DNA from: Cyanophora paradoxa CCMP329
Taxonomy: Eukaryota; Plantae; Glaucophyta
NCBI GenBank assembly: GCA_004431415.1
Contig: QPMI01000416.1
Coordinates: 806,001-870,000 of the forward strand
Length of the DNA: 64,000 bases
Direction: 5' to 3'
Shown here: positions 23,873-34,912 of the stretch, piece after piece
Layout of the letters: each line of letters opens with the position of its first letter
Position numbering within the stretch: position 1 is the stretch's first letter
The notes under the pieces: model-generated
The model's input: the letters and a program-made list of their open reading frames with translations, nothing else
What the model was told of the DNA's origin: nothing
The model's database searches: none
Position numbers and translations under genes: made by a program

Positions 23873-25388
23873 CTACAAGAAGTAGGAAACAGTGCTCCGG
23901 GTCGGGATCATCTCGTGCGCCTCGGACACTTCCCTGAAGATCTGCGCCGGACCACGTAAGCTGGCGAAAGTGGCTCGCAGGTTGACCCGCGGACCTTGAA
24001 CTCGCGCTCAAGGTTGTCCTTGAAGGCCAGGATGGCGGCAACGTTGCCACAGCGGTAGCAGTAGTTGGGGGCCGACCAAACTGTCACAAGGCTCTTGTCT
24101 GGGAACATGTACTTGTACCCCTCTTGAACCAGCTGATGCGCCCGGCAGATCAGCTCCAGCTTGTTCAAATGGTTGAACTGCGTAGCTCCATGACGTCAAT
24201 CGCGGCCAAGGCAGCGCGGGGCCCAGAACGAGCCGCCCGCACCTCTGCCGTCACTTTGGCGCCGAAGAGCCATCCGGCACCTCGCGGGCTGACCGCCCAC
24301 GTCTCGATCTCCTCCGGGTCGCTCCACATAAGGTCTTCGCGGGCGGAGCACTCAGGGGGGACATCACGGGCACAGGAAGGGGCAGGGCTAACCGCAGAAG
24401 GAGCCCTCGTGAGGGATCTCCTGTCTCCGGTTGATAGTGCGGATCTGGTCCAGCGTCCGGATGTCGGGGGACAAGCCGCCGTGCACGCAGAGGATACGGC
24501 CGTCGATGACCTACGACCGCGGCCGGTTCGCACCGATGTACGCAGCGGCGGGACGCAATGCGAACAGCGGCGCACGGCGGCGAGCGTCAGGTAATCGAAG
24601 ACATCTGTACAGTACTTCCACGCGTTCGCGTTGCCGTACTTGCGCTGGCACTCGTCGTAAAAACCGTACACCTGCGTGATTTGCCGCGACTCGTGGTTCC
24701 CGCGGAGTAGTGTGATGTTCGCTGGATACCTGCGAGTAGACGGTGAGGATGCCAGACAGAAGGAAAGAAGAGAGAAGAAGTCGACGGGATCGGTCGGCTC
24801 ACCTCGCCTTCAAGCAGAGCAGCAGCGTGAATGTTTCAAGGCTGTTGTATCCACGGTCGACGAAGTCACCCTGTAAACGCAAAAGCACGCGGTGAGCTGC
24901 AAACGGACGCGCACGCGGGGAGCTAGCCCCGGCAGCGATTCACCATGAAGATGTAGTTCGTGTCGGGGATCTCGCCTCCCGTGCGGAATAGCTCCAGCAG
25001 ATCGTGGAACTGGCCGTGGATGTCTCCGCACACTGTGACGGGGCTGCTAACGGGCTGCACATTGCTCTCCTCGAGCAGCAGCTCCTTAACCTGCCATCGA
25101 ACGCGTCGAAACCAGAGGGCCGCTCGACGAGGAGGGATGCGAACCCCCTCGCAGAGCTTCTTCAGATCGTTTTCTGAAAGATACTCGCACTTCCTGACCT
25201 GCTCAATCCTGTGACCCTGGGTGGTGAGCACAGGGCCGGGCAGGCGAAGATCGGCGAGGAATGGCACCATTTGTCCTGTTTCCGGTCGAATCACGGAAGG
25301 CACAGTCGCGGGCGAGAGGGGACAAGCGTCAGACGCAGGCAGCGGGAGACACACACGGCATTCAAACGGGCCGCGAGCTCACCAACAT
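23873..25388 (-). CDS. PPP6C: Ser/Thr protein phosphatase 6 catalytic subunit (PP6/Sit4/FyPP)
   Basis: [88 protein letters not shown]-terminal YFL*. Confidence 0.93.
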
Positions 25389-25649
25389 CGTGCCTGTTCG
25401 GATGCTGTTTCGCACTACGCGAACTCAACGGGTCTACGACACGGCTGGCCCCTCTGCTATTCGCGCGGCGGTGTGCCCAGGGCGCTGGGGTTCGGGATAA
25501 CCGCTGGCTTCCTTCCACGAACACACAACCCGAGCCTTCGTCGGCGCTGCAGTCCGGTGCGGCTGGCCGACTTCCTGGATCGCTGCGTGGGGGTACGCCC
25601 GGTACTGCGGCAGGGGGGTACACGGAGAGAAGCTAGGCACTTTCGAGCG

Positions 25650-27694
25650 ATGGTGGCCATGGAGGCCGTGCAGCATGTGCTTTCGCCGGTAGGAGAGTCG
25701 GTGCAATCCAGCGAGGCCGCCGTCGAGCGTGCGTACGAGTGCCCGATATGCCACGAGGTTCTCTTTGATCCAGTGACGACACATTGCGCCCATTCGTGCG
25801 CTGTTTCTACCATGCCCCCGCCCTTCGGCACTGAGGCGCAGCGGGTCCTAGGTTTTGCAGACGCTGCATCGCGGCGGCGTTGCGGCGGGACCCCCGCTGC
25901 CCCTGCTGCAGGGCCGTACAGGTCCCGGACCTCCTACAGCCGAACGCGGAGCTGCGCGCGGCGGTGGCGAGGGACTGCCCCAACGCGTACGACGAGCGCG
26001 CGCGCGCCAACGCGAGCTCCGTCCTTTTCGTGGGATCGACCGGTTCTGGGTGCGTTAGCCGGGTCCGGCCTCGGCGCGCCGCGCGGCCGCCGCCGAGACG
26101 CGCAATTCATGCGCAGGAAGAGCGCGGCGATCAACTACCTGTGCGGGGAGCGGGTGTGCGGGACGAACGCCTTCGAGCGGGAGACGCAGGACGTGGCTTG
26201 GCACGCGCGGACGCTCCCGGCGGCGGGGACAGAGGACGGGCTTGACACGGGCGGTGCGGGCCACGAGCTCCTGGCCTTCCGCCTCATCGACACCCCGGGG
26301 CTCCTCCCGCACGGTGCCCGCGCCCCGCCCCGCCCCGCCGTCCCGCGGGATGAGCGCGCTGCAGCCGAGGGGCGCGCGGAGCGGGAGGAGGACACGCGGG
26401 AGAACCGATGCGCGCTCGACAAGGCGCGCGGGGCAGGCGGGGCGCCGCCCGGGCCCGGAGCCCACATGACGCCGTCGCAGATTGTGCGCTTCGTGACCAA
26501 GGGCGCCGAGGAGGGGCGGGCGGGCGGTGCGCGCGGGACCCCGGCCTGGACGCTTGCGGCGTTCTTCTAGGACGCGAGCGGGCGCGGGGCGCACTGCGGC
26601 AGAGACGCACGCGCACTGCGTGGCGTGGGTCGAGCGGGCCGACCTGCTTCGCCCCGAGGTGCCGTCCCCTGAAGTGTCTGCCGGCCGGCGGCGCGCTGAG
26701 ACGCAGCGGGGAGCGGCGCAGGGGGACCGGAGGACGGCGCGGGCGCTGACGGAGCGGCTCGGGGCGGGGGTCTGGCGGCGGGCGGCCCTGCTGCTGACCC
26801 ACGCCGAGGGGACCCCCGACGCCGCCCTCGCCGCCCGCCTCCGCTCCATGCGGGCCCGCCCCGCCCCGCCCCGCTCCCCCGCCCCGGCGCACGCGCCGAG
26901 GCCGGGGCGGCGCGCGCAGGAGGCGATACGCGAGGCGAGCGGGGACGCGGGGGCGCCGGCGCCCCCGCACGCGCTCCTCTCATGCCTGCGGGGGCGCCCC
27001 CTTCCCCCGGGCTGCTGCTCGCCCGCCGAGGCGGCCGGTGTGCTGGCGCGCGTGGCGCGGGCCGCAGAGGCCGACCCACGCGCCGCCGCCGCTTCTGCAG
27101 CTTCCCTCGCCCGCGGCGGGCCGCCCTTTCCCATCCCGGGTCCGACCAAACGCTTGGCTGTTCGCCTCCCCGCGCTGCCGGCGCTGACGCTGCGGCGCAG
27201 CTGCTGCGGAGGAGGACGGGGAGCGGGGCGGGTGGCTGGCGTCGGAAGAGAGCGGGGCGGGGTGGGAGGTCGTCGTCGTCCGAACTCCCGAGCCCTGGCC
27301 CGTGACCGCCCTCAAGGCGCGCCCTCTCAAACGTTCTCCCCCTCTCGCCTCCCCCCGACCCCCCTCCCCCTGGCGCCTCTCTTCCCGTCTTATCGGAGAG
27401 GTAAATCTGCAAGGCTTTCGCGGTGGGGCAGCACCTCTGGACGAGCAGGTACCCCCTCTGGCTGAAGCTTTTTCAGGCGAGGGACACGTCCCCCCACACC
27501 CAACCCCCCGTCCCCTTCCCCCCGTTGAGCCGGAGATTGTGCAGGGGGCGCTAGCGCTGCTCTGGCTGTCCGGCTTCTCTTCGGTGAGCGTGCGCAGTGG
27601 ACGGGGTGGCAGCGCGGCGACCCTCGAGTCTTTACAGGGGACGCGCTCCTACCGGCACCGCCTGGGGCCCCGCCGCGCCGTCATCAACGGTTAG
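25650..27694 (+). CDS. RING-finger (C3HC4) / Toc34-like GTPase fusion with probable C-terminal hydrophobic tail
   Basis: CPICHEVLFDPVTTHCAHSFCRRC...CPCC, then VLFVGSTGSGKSAAINYLCGERV...IDTPGL...VAWVERADLLR...DRRTARALTERLGAGVWRRAALLLTHA. 3' exons give WPVTALK/GALALLWLSGFSS/GTRSYRHRLGPRRAVING* (3' exon model less certain). Confidence 0.8.
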
Positions 27695-27811
27695 CCGCCG
27701 CGCGCCAGCTGCAACGTGTGAAGCTCTCAGTCAAAGTGAATAGCTAGCGTCCTACGGTAGTAGCGCTAAATCTTACATATCCACTGCTGACTAAGTGAGT
27801 CGTACTACGGT

Positions 27812-27841
27812 AGTTACTAAGTTACTAGTAACTTAGTAACT
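27812..27841. repeat. Perfect 30-bp palindrome
   Basis: AGTTACTAAGTTACTAGTAACTTAGTAACT equals its own reverse complement. Confidence 0.95.
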
Positions 27842-28203
27842 GTGACAGAAGTCTCCAGCGGGGCCGGCGCCGCTGGCACTGCGGCATAATACTATGATCA
27901 TTGGATATCCGATGATCGATTCGACTTTCAAGTTTAATATGCCATGATGCCATGCAAATGAGAGCATACGAATGGCAAAAAAGTTTAACTTCGGAACGTC
28001 GGAAGCCCTTGAAGTGCATCACATAGCGGTGATGGCGTGGCCCCAGCGACAGACTAACTGGCCGGGCCGCGGCAGGCTCGCGACGCCTCGCGTTCGGCAT
28101 CATCGTCAAACAACGCCGTGACGTGCTCGAGTATGTACTTATATGCAGAAATAGTAAACATGAGGAACACTGGGGCCGGTGCGGGGCTGGCGGGCCGGCG
28201 GGG

Positions 28204-31200
28204 CTAGACGGCGATCTTGCTGAGGGCGAGCTCGGAGGCAAGCAGGTCGGAGTCCTTAAGGCCGCACAACTGCGCCCGCCCCGACGTCAGCCGCCGCCGC
28301 CGCCCGGCGCGCAACGCGGGCCCCGCTGCTGCGCACCTCGCGGACGTGCTGCGTGCAGGCGCGGCACTGGATGCTGCCCGGGCGCGCCCCGGTCGGCACC
28401 TCCTGCCTGCCCCGCGAGACCCGCTTCATCGGCGGGCTCTGGCCGGCCCCCGTCGGGCTTGACGCCGGCGCTGCCTCATGCGGCGACGAGGGCGCTTGCT
28501 GCACGGGCGCCTGCGGCTGAGGCGGCGGCGGGTGCGCCTCGGGCTCGCCGGCAGCGGCGGCGGCGGCGGCGGCGGCAGCGCCGGCGCCGGCGGCGGCGTC
28601 CGGGGCGAGGGGGAGGTCGAGGAGGAGGAGGTCGGGGTCGTCGCGCGGGAGGTGCGCATCACAGAAGGCCGTCGGGCACGTGCGGCACTTGTGCCGCGGC
28701 TCGCCCAGCGTCTCGGCCGCCACGAAGCAGAGGCCGCAGTGGTGCCAGGGGCAGTGCCACTTGCCCTGGGGCACGGCGGCGAGGCCGACGCAGGCGGAGT
28801 GGTAGACCTTGCCGCAGCGGGGGAAGTCGCAGATGATGAGGGTACCGCCGTCCTTGCAGACGAAGCAGGCCCCCTCGGGCTCCGGGTCGGGGAGCTCTTC
28901 CCGCTGGTTCGCCCCCAGCACGTAGTTCAGGTGGAAGGCCGCCGCCACCGAGATGTGCGCGGGGCCGACCCCACCGTGCGCCCCCGCCCGCCCCGCCCCC
29001 ACCGCCCCCGGGCCTCCCGCCGCCGGCGACGCGTTCGACGCCCGGCTGCCGCGCCCCGTCAGACAACAGCGGCGCCAGAAAGAAGAGCGCAGGGCGCACT
29101 TGACGCATATAGGGCACTTGTAGGTGCCGTCGGCGGCAGCCGCCGCCGCGCGGGCGGCCTCGCGGGGGCCGTAGAGGAAGCGGATGCAGGGGGCGCAGAG
29201 GACGCGGGGGCAGGCGCTGCAGGGGCGGGCCTCGGCCTCGCGGAGGGCGCAGCAGCAGCAGAGGGCGTCGCGGGCGGCGCCCGGCTCGGCGGGGCGCGCG
29301 TCGGGGGCGGCGAGCGCCGTCGTCGCGAGGCGCCCCAGCGGGAGCTGCGGGATGGCCCCCGCCGCCGCGTCCTCCGCCCCCTCCCGCCCCGCCCCGCCTC
29401 CCCGCTGCCGGCCCCGCCGCCTCCGCCTCCACGCGGGCGGGGGCGGGCGCCGGCGCGGGCGGGCGGGGCGGGTGGAGCGGAGGGCGGGGGCCCGCGGTAG
29501 TCCTCCTCGCGGGTGAGGCCGCAGGCGGCGGCGCGGGCGACGCGGGCCTCGACGCGAGCCGCGCAGCCGATGCAGAGCCAGAAGTTGAGCTCGCCCAGCG
29601 CCCCGTGCCGCCGGAAGCGCGCCCCGTGCTGCGCGCAGCCGCGCAGGCAGCACGCGACGCTGTGGTCCACCACCGTCTCGCTGATCGGGCGCCCGCCCTC
29701 CATCGCCGGGGGCGCCTGCGCGACGCGCGCAACCTCTGCGCCGTGGCCCTCCGCAGCGGCGGCCGCCTCGTCGCGGCGGCGTGGGGCGACGGCGGGGAGT
29801 GGGGCGGGGGAGGCGGTGGCGGAGCGCTCGGCGGGGGGCGGCGGGGGCGGGGCGCCCTGGACGAGGTGGGTGTGGAGGCGGCGGAGGCCGAAGACGCCTG
29901 GGGCGACCTTGATGAACTCCGAGGCGGGGCCCTTGGAGGAGATGTCGAAGTTGAGCGTCGCCGCGAGGTTCTGCGTCGGGTCCTTGGCCCGCGAGCCCGA
30001 GCGCAGCATCTCTTCCCGGAGGGCGATCTCGCAGAGCTCGTCGGCCCGCATCGGGCGGTCGTGCTCGGCGAGGATGCGCGCCGCCGCCGCCTTCACCCGG
30101 AACCCGATCGAGTTCTCCGACTCGGCCCGCCCCGCCTTCGCCTTCCCGGGCCCCGCCCCCGCCCCTGCCGACCCTGCCGCCGCTGCAGCCGCCGCCTCCT
30201 CCGCCCCGCAAGCCTCCGCTGCTGGCGCCAGCGCGTTCGACTCCTCGCCGGCTGCCGTGCCGACCGGCGACGGCTCCGGCGCCGCCTGCTCAATTGCCGC
30301 CACCCCCGGTCCTGTGGCTGTTGTCGCGGCCGCCGCCGCCGCCGCGGCTGCTGCGGCTGCTGCGGCTGCAGAGCGGCGGGAGGAGCGAGTGCCGAATTCA
30401 GCGGGGGACGGGAGCGCCGAAGCGGTGGGTGTGCCGCGCGTGTTGTACCGCCCCGGGGGCGCCCTGCGCATGCGCGGCGGCGTCGGTAAAAGAAGAAGCT
30501 GGCGGGGTGGGGCTGGGGGGGCGGCGGGCACGTATGGAGGGGGCACTTCCAGTCGGTGCCGGGGAGGGTGACGGCGTGGAGGCAGCCGGCGTGGTAGCTC
30601 TTGGCGCAGGCGGGGTCGGCGCAGGGGATGAGGAAGCCGTCCTCCTTGCAGACGTCGCAGACGGCCTCGTTGAGGGTGCCCGTCCCCGCCTCGGGCCCCT
30701 CGGGCGGGGCGGGGCCCTCGTGTGCCGCCTCCCGCGTCGAGTGCGCGCGCAGGCGCTCCTTGACGGCGGCCTCGGAGAGGGGCGCGGCGCGCGGCTGCGG
30801 GCCCCCGGCCTCGGGCGAGATCGCGTAGCAGCTCCCGTCCTCCGTGTTCCCGAAGATCTGGACGAGGCTCGCGGGGAGGCCCAGCACCGCCAGCAGGCCG
30901 CCCTTGTGCCCCTGGTGCACCGACTTCAGGTGCTGCACCCGGTCCGCGTAGATCGCGAAGCTGCCGCGCGCCGTCAGCGTCGCACGCGCCCCGCCGGCAG
31001 CGCCGGGCGCACTCGCGGCCGTTGCCCTTGACGATGAGGTTGGTGTCCTTGTAGGGCATGCGGTCGCCCGGGAACCAGGGCTTGACCTGGGGCAGCTTGT
31101 AGGCGAGGATGTCGATGCCGCGGCTGGGCGGGGCGGGGTGAGCGGGGCGACGGGCGCGTGGGGCGGGGGGGCGGGCGCGGACACGACGAGCTCGACGGCG

Positions 31201-34200
31201 CGGAGCTCATCGAGGATGGCGCGGTAGAGGTCCGAGACTGCGCGCGCCCGCAGCGTCCGCTGCAGCTTGCACTTCTCCACCCGCTCCAGCTTCGCCGCGT
31301 GCCCCGCCGCCACCCGCCAGTTCACCCGCGCCTCGTAGCTGCGCCCCGCCGTCTCAGCCACCCCGCGGGGGTGCGAAGGCGCCGCCGCCGCACTTGACGA
31401 AGCGGACGCCGGGGCCCGGGGCCGAGAGGCCGCCGCGGAGGGCGGGCGCGGGGGCGCCGGGCCGCTCGGAGCGGGCCGAGGCGGGGGCGGGGTCCGACTC
31501 GTGGAAGGGGCACCACCAGTCGCCGTCGGGGACGGCGGCGAGGCCGAGGCATGCGAGGTGGTGGGCCTTGGGGCAGCCGGCCGGGTGGTCGCAGTAGAGG
31601 AGCTCCCCCCCGTCGTGGCACAGCGCGCACTCCAGCTCGTACACCGGCTCCTTCCGCATCTTTCCCGCCCCCGCCCGCGCCCCAGTCCCCGTCTGCGCCG
31701 CCCCCGCCCCGCCCTCCAGCTCGTGGAACGTGTAGTAGTCCGCGTGCCGCGCCGGCGCTGAGGCGCGGGCGCGCCCGCCGCGGGCCCGCGTGCTGACCAC
31801 GGCCTGGCTGGGGACGTGCTGGAGCTTGGGGCCCGGAGCTGGCACGGAGGCCCGTCCCAGCGAGGCGGTGCGCGTGAGGGAGGGCGGCGGCTTGATGTCG
31901 TGCCCGGCGATCCGCTCTTTCTGCCCGTCGGCTGCGCGAGGCGGGGCGTGGGCGGGGGCGGGGCAGAGGGCCGGGGCGGGGGCGAGGGCGCACCGCGGAC
32001 GCCGAAGACCTCGACGAGGCGGGGGTCGAGGGCGAGGAGGGCGAGGAGGCCGCCGTCCGCCCCCGAGTGGATGTGGAAGACGTGCTCCATGCGGTCCGCG
32101 TAGCAGTAGAACTGCCGCCCCTGCCCGTCCTCGAACACCTTGCCCCGCGGGTTGCCCCGCCCCTCCTGCTTCGACGCCTGCCGCACGTGCGGCAGCCGCT
32201 CCACCTCCAGGATCTCCCGCTTCCGGCTGCGCCCCGCGCCGCCCCGCTCGTCCCGCGCCGCCGTGCGAGGGCGGGCGGGCGGCGCCGCACTGCTCCAGCT
32301 CGGTGTTGCGGAGCGACTCGACGAGGGCGTTGTACATGTCCGTGATGTTCCGGCACCTCACCAGCAGGTCTGCCGCCGCAGCGTTGGGTGCGGGAGGCTG
32401 AGGGGGCGAGAGGCGGGCGGACCCTCGAGCTTCTTCTCGGAGTAGGGGTAGTGGTGATGGTAGTGGATGACGAGCTCGTAGGAGGAGAAGGCCTTGGAAG
32501 AGGGGCCCGAGGAGCGGCGCTCCGGCCACTCGTCGCCCCCGCCCTCCGACTCGCTCCCGCTGTCCAGCTCGTCCAGATCGTCCAGCTCCTCATCCGCCTC
32601 CTCCTCCTCCACCGCCACCGCCCCCCGCCGCCCCGCCCCCGGGCCCCCCGCCGCCGCCGCCGCCGCCGCCATGGGGGTCGTCAGGGGGGCAGCCGAGCCG
32701 GTGGAGGCCTGCCGGGCGATGGCGGCAACGCGCGCGCTCCCGCCGCTCTGGGGGAGGACCTCCTCGCCGTCCGAGTCTGGGGCAGGGTCGGGCGTGCGCC
32801 GGCGAGGGCGGGGCGGGGAGTGCGCACTGAGGTCGAGGTCGTCGTCCTCGTCGTCCATCATCGCGTCACCCAGCTCTACCTCGATGCCTCCCGGGAGCTG
32901 CCCGCCCCGCCCGAACCCCGGCCCAACAGCCCCCGCCCGCCCCGCAAAGGCTGCAGGTCGTGGCCCTCCGCTGGGCGCCCGTGGGAGGGCCGCCTGCAAG
33001 TGCTGCGGACACCAGAACTCGCGACCGCCGCCAAGCTTGCGGGCGCAGCGCTTGTGCATGAAGTTGAGGCAGCCAGGGTACTCGCACGGCTGCACGTTCT
33101 CCTGCACCCCGCAGATGATGCACGTGTCCTCCTCCTCCTGCAGTGACGCCGGGCGGTTCGGCCGCCGTGACCGCCGCACGCCGGCACCTTCCGCCGGCGT
33201 CGAGGCCTCGCTGGCGACGGCGGATGGCGGGCCGGAGCCGAGTGCCACGGGGGCCATGATGCTGAGCTTGGCGACCTTGGGGCCGCGGGCGGCGGCGAGG
33301 CGGGAGGCGGCGCCGGGGTCCGCCCCCGCGGCGGCGGCTGCCGGGTCGCCCTCCTCCGACTCGCTCGCCCCGCGCTTGCGCTTCATCTTCGCGGCGCGCA
33401 CCGCGTCGTCCGCCAGTAGCGGCGACGGCTGCCGGCGCTCGGGCGGGGCGGTGGCGGGGCCGGGGCGGCGGGGGGGCACCTCGTGGGGGAGGCGGTTGGT
33501 GGCGGCCTGGATCCACACCTGGTCGGGCTGCCGCATGCGCACCGAGACCTGCGCCGGCGTCGCGCTCGCCGCACCCCGCGTGCAGGCGGCCGAGGGGCGC
33601 ACCACGTCGCGGGGGAAGCCCATCGTCGCAACGATGTCGCCGAGGTCCTGCCGCGCCATCAGAGGCCGGCGGCGGACGGCAAATGAGAAGAAAAGAGCGC
33701 GGGCGCACCTGGACGTCGTCAACGCGGTCGGCGGAGACGATGAAGCGCGGGAGGCCCGGCACGGTGGAGGAGGCCGGGTGCGCCTCCGCCATGTCGCTCT
33801 CCGCCTCCGGAAGACGCACATGCTTCATCCGAGCCCCGAAGACCACGTCCTGTCCGCTGCGCGCACAGCTCCGCTCTCGGAAAAAGGAAATGGAAAGGAA
33901 ATGGGCGAGGCGGTTCAAACGAGCCTGCGGCGGTACTCGAACTCGCGGAGCCTGCGAATCACCTCGCGGATGATTCCGGAGACGGAGCGCTCATAGAACA
34001 CCTCCGGTTCGTCCTGCGGACCGCCGGGCACGTTCTCCCAATGCAGTGTGGCCTCGTACCTGCGCCCCGGCGCGTCGGCTTCCGAGACCCCAGGCGATCT
34101 ATGGCGCTCCGATGAAACATTGTCTAAAAGACGCATAGCTAATGTTGCGATGGCGCCGCGTTGACGCTTAGAGAGGGCGAGTGCTCACTTCCCTGGCTTC

Positions 34201-34703
34201 TTGACGCGGGGAGAGGCTGGAGCGGGTGGCGCCGCAGTCTTTACCAGAGTCGCTCGAGTCTTCAGCTCAGTCTGCAGCTCGGGCCCAATCTTGGGCAGCG
34301 GCGCTGGCGCCGCGCACGCCTGGCACCGCCAGTTGCCGATGGGCCGCTGCGAGAGGCCCAGACAGCGGTAGTGGAACATGTCGTTGCACTGAGCGCAGAT
34401 AGTGTCCTGCCCAGTTCTGTCGCAGATCGGGCAGGGTTCGTCCTCTTCGTCCTCGTCCAGCGGCGCATCGGGCGCCATCATGGGAATCTGAGGACGGAGG
34501 CACGCTGAGTGGTCGTTAAAGTGCTAAGCTAAGTACTCCGAAGGTACCGGGAACGTGTCAACAACGTGGTGGCCGCCGTGCAACGCCTGTTCTGGCGAGA
34601 TGTTCAGAAACAGGGTCGGGTCGTCCGGCGGCATGAGGCCGTGTAGCCCGAGGGGATCGATGTGGGCCACATGCTCATGGAGGGCAAGGATCTCGTCCTC
34701 CAT
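28204..34703 (-). CDS. Large chromatin reader: 5 PHD fingers, 3 copies of an unrecognised domain, HARE-HTH, ADD-like finger, C5HCH
   Basis: PHDs (CPICDRT..; CIICGVQ..; [14 protein letters not shown]..; CDVCKEDG..; [27 protein letters not shown]). [27 protein letters not shown]...[11 protein letters not shown]...[14 protein letters not shown]-like [23 protein letters not shown]. Could be more than one gene, but splicing looks continuous. Confidence 0.8.
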
Positions 34704-34912
34704 GGCGCGTCCCTACGCGCAGACGCCAGGCTCGCCGGATGGCTCGGGAAGCGGCACCGGGCGCCTACGCACACCGATAACGACAGCTGTTGCCTATGCG
34801 AACCGGCTACAACCTTAGAGGCTATACATGCGCAGCAAACTGCTTTTGCCGCGAGCGCCGTTGAAAGCAAAAAAAAGAGGGGACAACGTTGCGGGGGGGT
34901 ATCATCATCACG

